DNA of 64,000 nucleotides from Escherichia coli (GTDB taxonomy: Bacteria > Pseudomonadota > Gammaproteobacteria > Enterobacterales > Enterobacteriaceae): NCBI RefSeq assembly GCF_003991155.1, contig NZ_CP031294.1; one strand, written 5' to 3'. The translations under genes and the position numbers were made by a program. Every line of letters starts with the position of its first letter. Positions within the stretch are counted from its first letter, which is position 1. This document shows, piece after piece, positions 59,367 through 64,000 of this stretch. The notes under the pieces were generated by a model. It saw only the letters and a list, made by a program, of their open reading frames with translations, searched no databases and was not told the origin of the DNA.

Positions 59367-59792
59367 TTAGAGATAAGCATCCAGTGACAACTGAAGCGCC
59401 TGGGCGATCTTTTTCAGTGCCTGCTCTTCTTGTTCACCAATGCCATCCTGATCGGCAATATCAAGGCACAGACACAGAACATCGACCGCCTCTGGAGTAC
59501 CCGCAATATCAGACAGCTCACGAATAGCCTGTGCATTAGCAGAACGAGGGGACGCTTCGTAACGAGCACGGATATTGGCGCTCATTTGGGCAATTTCACC
59601 AGCAAACGGAGAAAACGCAGGCAGAGCTGCAATTGTCTTCTCAAGAATGGCAATTTCTTTTGCGTCACATGTGCCGTCGGCATAGGAGATCATGTACGCG
59701 CCCCACACGGTGGCCTCAACCGCATCACGGTTCTCCATTTTTTTGACTTCGATAACTGCTTTACGAGTTTTCTTTTTGAAGAAACCTAACAT
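59367..59792 (-). CDS. TerB-like (tellurite-resistance TerB domain) protein, tentative
   Basis: 141 aa; two D-x-DG-x-x-x-x-E segments (SYADGTCDAKE, IADQDGIGEQEEQA) as in TerB. Confidence 0.45.
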   Translation of the reverse strand: MLGFFKKKTRKAVIEVKKMENRDAVEATVWGAYMISYADGTCDAKEIAILEKTIAALPAFSPFAGEIAQMSANIRARYEASPRSANAQAIRELSDIAGTPEAVDVLCLCLDIADQDGIGEQEEQALKKIAQALQLSLDAYL

Positions 59793-59812
59793 GTGTTTTC
59801 CTTTTGTTATTT

Positions 59813-59838
59813 GTCAAAACAAGTTGTTTTATAGTTTC
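59813..59838 (-). promoter_or_regulatory. family-2 palindrome (aaaacaagttgtttt)
   Basis: Read directly, about 20 bp upstream of ATG 59792. Confidence 0.55.
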
Positions 59839-59885
59839 ATAAATTGCTTACGCAAAGATGGTCAATGCATATGCACTAACAGCCG

Positions 59886-60074
59886 TCAGAAATAACCAAG
59901 TACCGAACCGACTGGAAAAACAAAAATCCCAACTACACGAGCCAAGGTCATGCCAGCCTGAAACTGGAGATCGCCAGAGCAAACAAGTTTTATAATGTTC
60001 GATACCCAACCGGCGGCCATGAGGGCAAGAATTGCCAGCCAAATTTTTCCAAAGTGATTTGAAAACCAGTTCAT
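59886..60074 (-). CDS. small membrane protein
   Basis: 62 aa, two hydrophobic segments. Confidence 0.35.
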   Translation of the reverse strand: MNWFSNHFGKIWLAILALMAAGWVSNIIKLVCSGDLQFQAGMTLARVVGIFVFPVGSVLGYF

Positions 60075-60083
60075 ACAACCGCC

Positions 60084-60578
60084 TTAGTCACAGCATGATC
60101 CTGAGTAACCGGATGAACTTGAGGTATCGCATCCACCGTCATCCCATCCAGAGTGACAGGACGCTCTACTGGAGTGGTGGTAATTGTCGTCGACGGAGGT
60201 GTGGTGATGGATGAACCCGGCATCAAAAGGCTCTGGCCGGCTGGAACGGCTACCGTCGCCAGTGAAACTATAATGAGAACGTAGGCCATTGGTTTCAGCC
60301 TCTTTCTTTGAAAATTTTCCATTCGAACTGTCCTTGTTGTTTTTCTCCTTCACTAAAGGCCGTGTACTTTTCGCTTCGCGTGAAGAACCAGAGGCAACAA
60401 TCGCCCCCACGTTCGCAACAACTGACGCTTGATTATCTAAACGTTCATTCAGCAACCGAACGGTAGTCTCTAGTTCATCAAGACGTGACATAACACGACC
60501 GCTAAACAATTCGGCCAAAATTTGACGTAAAGAACGAGGACGTTTAGTTGCAGAAGTGAAATAGGTTTGACGTGCCAT
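60084..60578 (-). CDS. hypothetical protein (C-terminal half may be artefactual; a signal-peptide ORF is embedded in another frame)
   Basis: 164 aa ORF; embedded ORF 60071..60322 begins MAYVLIIVSLATVAVPAG. Confidence 0.3.
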   Translation of the reverse strand: MARQTYFTSATKRPRSLRQILAELFSGRVMSRLDELETTVRLLNERLDNQASVVANVGAIVASGSSREAKSTRPLVKEKNNKDSSNGKFSKKEAETNGLRSHYSFTGDGSRSSRPEPFDAGFIHHHTSVDDNYHHSSRASCHSGWDDGGCDTSSSSGYSGSCCD

Positions 60579-60723
60579 GTGGACTCCATCCAGTGTCAGA
60601 AAGAGTTGCGGCTGGCGATTGCCAGCCGCCTTTCTCGTTCCATCCTGGAACTGTGTCTTACCGACACATTGTCATCCTGACGCTGATAAGATACATGATT
60701 TAAAATGATAGGTAAACACTTAC

Positions 60724-61317
60724 TTACCACTTGTTATAAACAAAACCAATATCTTTCTTGTGAGGCATATCTGCTGCTGAAAAAGCTGCGATCTTCGCGA
60801 GTCGATCACATATTTCATTTTCACGATGCCCGGCGTGACCTTTAACCCACTTCCAGCGAACATTATGTCGACTTGCGGCCTCATCCAGACGTTTCCACAG
60901 ATCAACATTCTTTACCGGTTTTTTATCAGAAGTCATCCATCCATTACGTTTCCACCATTTCATCCACTGTGTCATGCCGTTTTTCAGATACTGGCTATCA
61001 GAGTACAAAATAACGTTGCATGGATATTTCAAACGCTCCAGCCCGATAAGTGCGCCCATCATCTCCATGCGGTTATTGGTGGTGCTATGAAAACCATCTG
61101 AGAACTCGCGTTCCTCACCACGATACTGGAGAACGATACCGTAACCGCCCGGGCCACCCGGATTTTTAAGGCAAGAGCCATCACTAAAGATTTTCACGGT
61201 TTTGAGCTGGGGATTGAACTCTACGACAGGCGTTGTGGGATTGGTGCGGGGAGAATTTTTGTTTTTGGCTTTTTTGCGAGTTTTTGCTTGCGATCGGGCT
61301 GGTGTCTTCGTCGTCAT
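60724..61317 (-). CDS. RNase HI-like ribonuclease with basic N-terminal extension
   Basis: Start set at ATG 61317 (MTTKTPAR) with AGGAG SD; four acidic residues align with the RNase HI catalytic D/E/D/D positions by recalled alignment to E. coli RnhA. Confidence 0.75.
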   Translation of the reverse strand: MTTKTPARSQAKTRKKAKNKNSPRTNPTTPVVEFNPQLKTVKIFSDGSCLKNPGGPGGYGIVLQYRGEEREFSDGFHSTTNNRMEMMGALIGLERLKYPCNVILYSDSQYLKNGMTQWMKWWKRNGWMTSDKKPVKNVDLWKRLDEAASRHNVRWKWVKGHAGHRENEICDRLAKIAAFSAADMPHKKDIGFVYNKW

Positions 61318-61900
61318 ATAAACTCCTGAATCAAGCGCCGCGCCGATTTTTTCCTCGCGCGTGCGCACACGCGTGCGTGTTAATAATTATTAAAATAAAC
61401 AAATTACTTCCCAGAACAGGTTTTTTATAAACCTGAACTGAACGAACGAAGTGAGTGAAGTTCACCTCGAACGAAGTGAGAGGTTGTCTTTTCAGGTAAT
61501 ACTCTCCCAGGGAGGTGAGTATAAAATTCCTCACCAACCTGGTCGTTTCATAACCTGAAAAGCTATGGTCTAAGTCTACTGCCAGCTTAGACTTGGGAAG
61601 TTATGGATGACAGCACCCCAGAACCGAGATCTTCCCACACTTTATGAAGGGGAGTACTGGATTCAACCTCTCGAAACACCCCAGACTCGACAATCATAAA
61701 GTGACCCTTGTCTCTGCTCACTTTGGTTCCCCCTTCCCCGACACCTAAACGGCACCGGTTCTACGCTGGTAGTGAGCTTTTTTAAACCTGACGCCAGTGA
61801 CGCTTACCCCCACCCATCAGGTCGAGTCTCCAGTCTACGACTGGAAACTATCAGATCTTAGCACTTACAATTCACTTTATGAATAGTTTGTACTTATCTA

Positions 61901-62155
61901 TCATTTCGATTGATTATTTTTTCGACCATGTAGTTGAACATTCAAGGCAAACACCTCGTTGATCAACTCACCTAAAAGCTGTTCAACAAGTTCGCGATGC
62001 TCCCCAAGATGCAAGCACTTAATTGCCCATTCGTACAAGTTGAAAGCCTGCTCACGATCTTTCATCATTTCACGAGCCTGGGCCAGAAAATCGCTCTCTA
62101 CGAGCGCAACGACATTAGTCGGATATGACATGTTGGTTTCCTTAAAGTGGTTCAT
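61901..62155 (-). CDS. small hypothetical protein
   Basis: 84 aa ORF. Confidence 0.35.
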   Translation of the reverse strand: MNHFKETNMSYPTNVVALVESDFLAQAREMMKDREQAFNLYEWAIKCLHLGEHRELVEQLLGELINEVFALNVQLHGRKNNQSK

Positions 62156-62228
62156 AAAATCGATTTTAAAGCGTCTGGGAAGGGGTTCTAGTGGATTCTG
62201 TAGTGGTGTTCAGGTCTGGGAGTCTCTG

Positions 62229-62289
62229 ATATAAAACAGCCTGCTTCCGTATATTAATAATTAATATGTAGTTATTTATATATACAGAA
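62229..62289. repeat. long imperfect palindrome (agcctgcttccgtatat-AT-rich core-atatacagaagcaggct), copy 2 of 2
   Basis: Read directly; same arms and orientation as 31926-31993. Confidence 0.7.
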
Positions 62290-62317
62290 GCAGGCTAATT
62301 ACAGACGCCAGAACAAA

Positions 62318-62911
62318 CTAAGCAGCCTTCTTTGATGGTCTTTTTTTCCTGATCACATTCGCAGGATCATACCCTCCCAGACTTTTCATGACGTCCAAAG
62401 GGATCTTGCTTATAGAGTGCCCAGCGTCCTGACAGAATCCTCGAAAAACAACGAGCATACTGCCACCGGGGTTGATGTTTACTTCTACCTGACCCAAATT
62501 GACGTCAGGCTCGACAAACGCTACGCGGCCACCAGACAGAATAATCGTCTCATTCGCACACTCTGTTGCACGCTCATACCACTTTGTATCGAGGGATTGA
62601 GGAATTAGCATCACTGTTGTAACTCCGCGAGCCTGCTCACGTATAGCCGCATCAATCCAGGGGGAGATTTTGGAGTAGGGTGGATTGAGGAAGGCAATTG
62701 TACCTGGCTGTCCCCATTCAGATTTCAAAGCATCACGCTCAACGCCTATGAAATTAGGCAGCTTCGCATTGTCCTTGTTGCAGGCAACGTCAACATCAAA
62801 TGTCACTCCAAGATAACGTTGAATGGCAGAAAACAGCCAGTCAGGTGTTCTCCAGAGGTCACGAAGAGAGTTGTCGCGCTTTCGCTGTTTGATTTTTTCG
62901 GCTGCAATCAT
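62318..62911 (-). CDS. phage-type DNA N6-adenine methyltransferase (Dam-like)
   Basis: FLNPPYSK catalytic motif, 197 aa. Confidence 0.75.
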   Translation of the reverse strand: MIAAEKIKQRKRDNSLRDLWRTPDWLFSAIQRYLGVTFDVDVACNKDNAKLPNFIGVERDALKSEWGQPGTIAFLNPPYSKISPWIDAAIREQARGVTTVMLIPQSLDTKWYERATECANETIILSGGRVAFVEPDVNLGQVEVNINPGGSMLVVFRGFCQDAGHSISKIPLDVMKSLGGYDPANVIRKKRPSKKAA

Positions 62912-62922
62912 CTTCTTTCTCG

Positions 62923-62942
62923 ATAGGTAAGTGATTACCTAT
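62923..62942. promoter_or_regulatory. family-1 palindrome ATAGGTAA-gtga-TTACCTAT, 12 bp upstream of the methylase start
   Basis: Read directly. Confidence 0.55.
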
Positions 62943-62976
62943 TTTTGCATTTGATTTTATGTCTGACAATCAAATA

Positions 62977-63020
62977 AAACGCGCCAGAAATGCAAACGAG
63001 AAGCTCTCTGGCGCGTTTTT
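62977..63020. terminator. hairpin with flanking A/T runs (aaaacgcgccaga...tctggcgcgtttt), candidate bidirectional terminator
   Basis: Read directly. Confidence 0.55.
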
Positions 63021-63094
63021 GTGGTGCTGGATATGTGATTGGCTTACCCAGCACTATAAAGCTCTCTATGGGCTTTATTTTCAGTAGGGGGACG

Positions 63095-63904
63095 TCATCC
63101 AATAGTGTACTCCGCTACAAACTTCTTAACGATCGGTGATTCTTCGTTCAATGTTAGATTTCCACCGTCTCTAACGGCAATTCCTGTCGCTGGAAATACA
63201 GCCATCATTTGCCCAGCCTGAGTTGACGCAGTGTTAAGCGGATACGGTTTTTCTGGATTGCTCATTAAAGCAATCTTAATACTATTACTTGTAGCCTTCT
63301 TTTCTGTGAGAAGGTGTCTCATGGAAATTACCGTGTAAACACTAATATCTGGACCTCCGCTAAACCAATTAAGAAGGTTTAATATCTTATCCTTTGCTTT
63401 GACAGGCGCGTTTTCGTAAGCGTCTAAGAAAATATCTGTTTCTAAGCCTGCTTTATTGAAAAACGAATCATCTTTATCACTTAAAGTAAAACGAGGACCT
63501 CTTGCAGTACGCGCTTTTTTATTTGTGTTGCTATCATTTGACTGTTGAACTTTTAATTCATCATTAACATCAACACACTCTTCAACCTCAATCAATCCCA
63601 ATTGTTCTGGCTCGTTTTCGGCAGATTCAACACTTTCAGCGTTAATTACGTTTATAGGCTCATGCGCTAACTCCAACTCATTTAAAGCAGAGCTGAAATC
63701 ACCTGCTTTTTCTTCATTGAACAGTTCTTCGGCAACATCATCAGAACTCATGGCTACGCCAGCATCGAGGCCGAGCAGCAGATCGTCAATATCATCAGTA
63801 TTTTCAACCTGTGCGGCTTTTTTTACTGGCTCATCAAGTGATTGCAACATGGCTGTCAGCTCGTCCAGATCATCATTTGCCATTACATTTTCAACCGAAC
63901 TCAT
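63095..63904 (-). CDS. acidic hypothetical protein
   Basis: 269 aa, very acidic N-terminal half. Confidence 0.45.
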   Translation of the reverse strand: MSSVENVMANDDLDELTAMLQSLDEPVKKAAQVENTDDIDDLLLGLDAGVAMSSDDVAEELFNEEKAGDFSSALNELELAHEPINVINAESVESAENEPEQLGLIEVEECVDVNDELKVQQSNDSNTNKKARTARGPRFTLSDKDDSFFNKAGLETDIFLDAYENAPVKAKDKILNLLNWFSGGPDISVYTVISMRHLLTEKKATSNSIKIALMSNPEKPYPLNTASTQAGQMMAVFPATGIAVRDGGNLTLNEESPIVKKFVAEYTIG

Positions 63905-64000
63905 GTAAGTCTCCTTCTGCTTGGTTACATTTGCGTTTCGATAGCTACATTTTGACTAAACCTATCAGGCGGAAAAGTATTAAATACAGGCAGGAAATGA

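Larger units (their letters stand above)
56950..64000. mobile_element. phage-like accessory region sharing family-1 and family-2 regulatory boxes with the left element
   Basis: Shared motifs at 59085, 59813, 60700-60725, 62923; Dam-like methylase, RNase H-like, TerB-like genes. Confidence 0.4.

Noticed and set aside
60724-61368. Longer N-terminal extension of the RNase H-like ORF ([17 protein letters not shown]...)
   Set aside because: An internal ATG at 61317 with an AGGAG Shine-Dalgarno is a better start; the upstream extension has no SD.
61400-61900. tRNA or tmRNA gene in the ORF-free region
   Set aside because: No cloverleaf with canonical T-arm (GTTCGAATC-like) or CCA-end context could be traced by eye; needs a covariance-model search.

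Overview
The window reads as enterobacterial DNA dominated by a siphovirus-type phage-like element, with a housekeeping pair (metG, mrp/apbC) and a Type I restriction-modification operon embedded between phage-like flanks. All calls rest on reading the supplied ORF translations and the DNA by eye; no database search was run. From left to right: a partial AT-rich KAP-type P-loop NTPase gene (1-1198), a ParA-type partition module, a lysis cassette, and a long minus-strand late operon with lambda-like tail genes (fibre, J, I, K, L, M, tape measure, G/T, major tail) and HK97-like head genes (decoration, capsid, scaffold, portal, terminase). Upstream of the terminase sits an unusual operon of two ParB-fold proteins, a small ABC-type ATPase, a GNAT-like protein and a wHTH protein, divergent from an SF2 helicase. 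An early/accessory region (36.8-46.3 kb) carries many small single-gene units, each preceded by the same ~35-bp promoter/operator-like box, plus iteron arrays and a 1.5-kb strand-skewed non-coding tract. Then come metG, mrp, a UmuD'-type gene and an EcoR124-like hsdM-hsdS-hsdR operon whose hsdS carries a 12-bp x3 (TAEL x3) repeat. The right end (57-64 kb) is again phage-like accessory DNA (TerB-like, RNase HI-like, Dam-like methylase) sharing the same regulatory boxes. No integrase, repressor, tRNA or CRISPR array was recognised, so element boundaries cannot be fixed. The most interesting signals are the two dispersed palindromic motif families, the ParB/ABC/GNAT operon, the phase-variable-looking hsdS, and housekeeping genes sandwiched between phage-like DNA.
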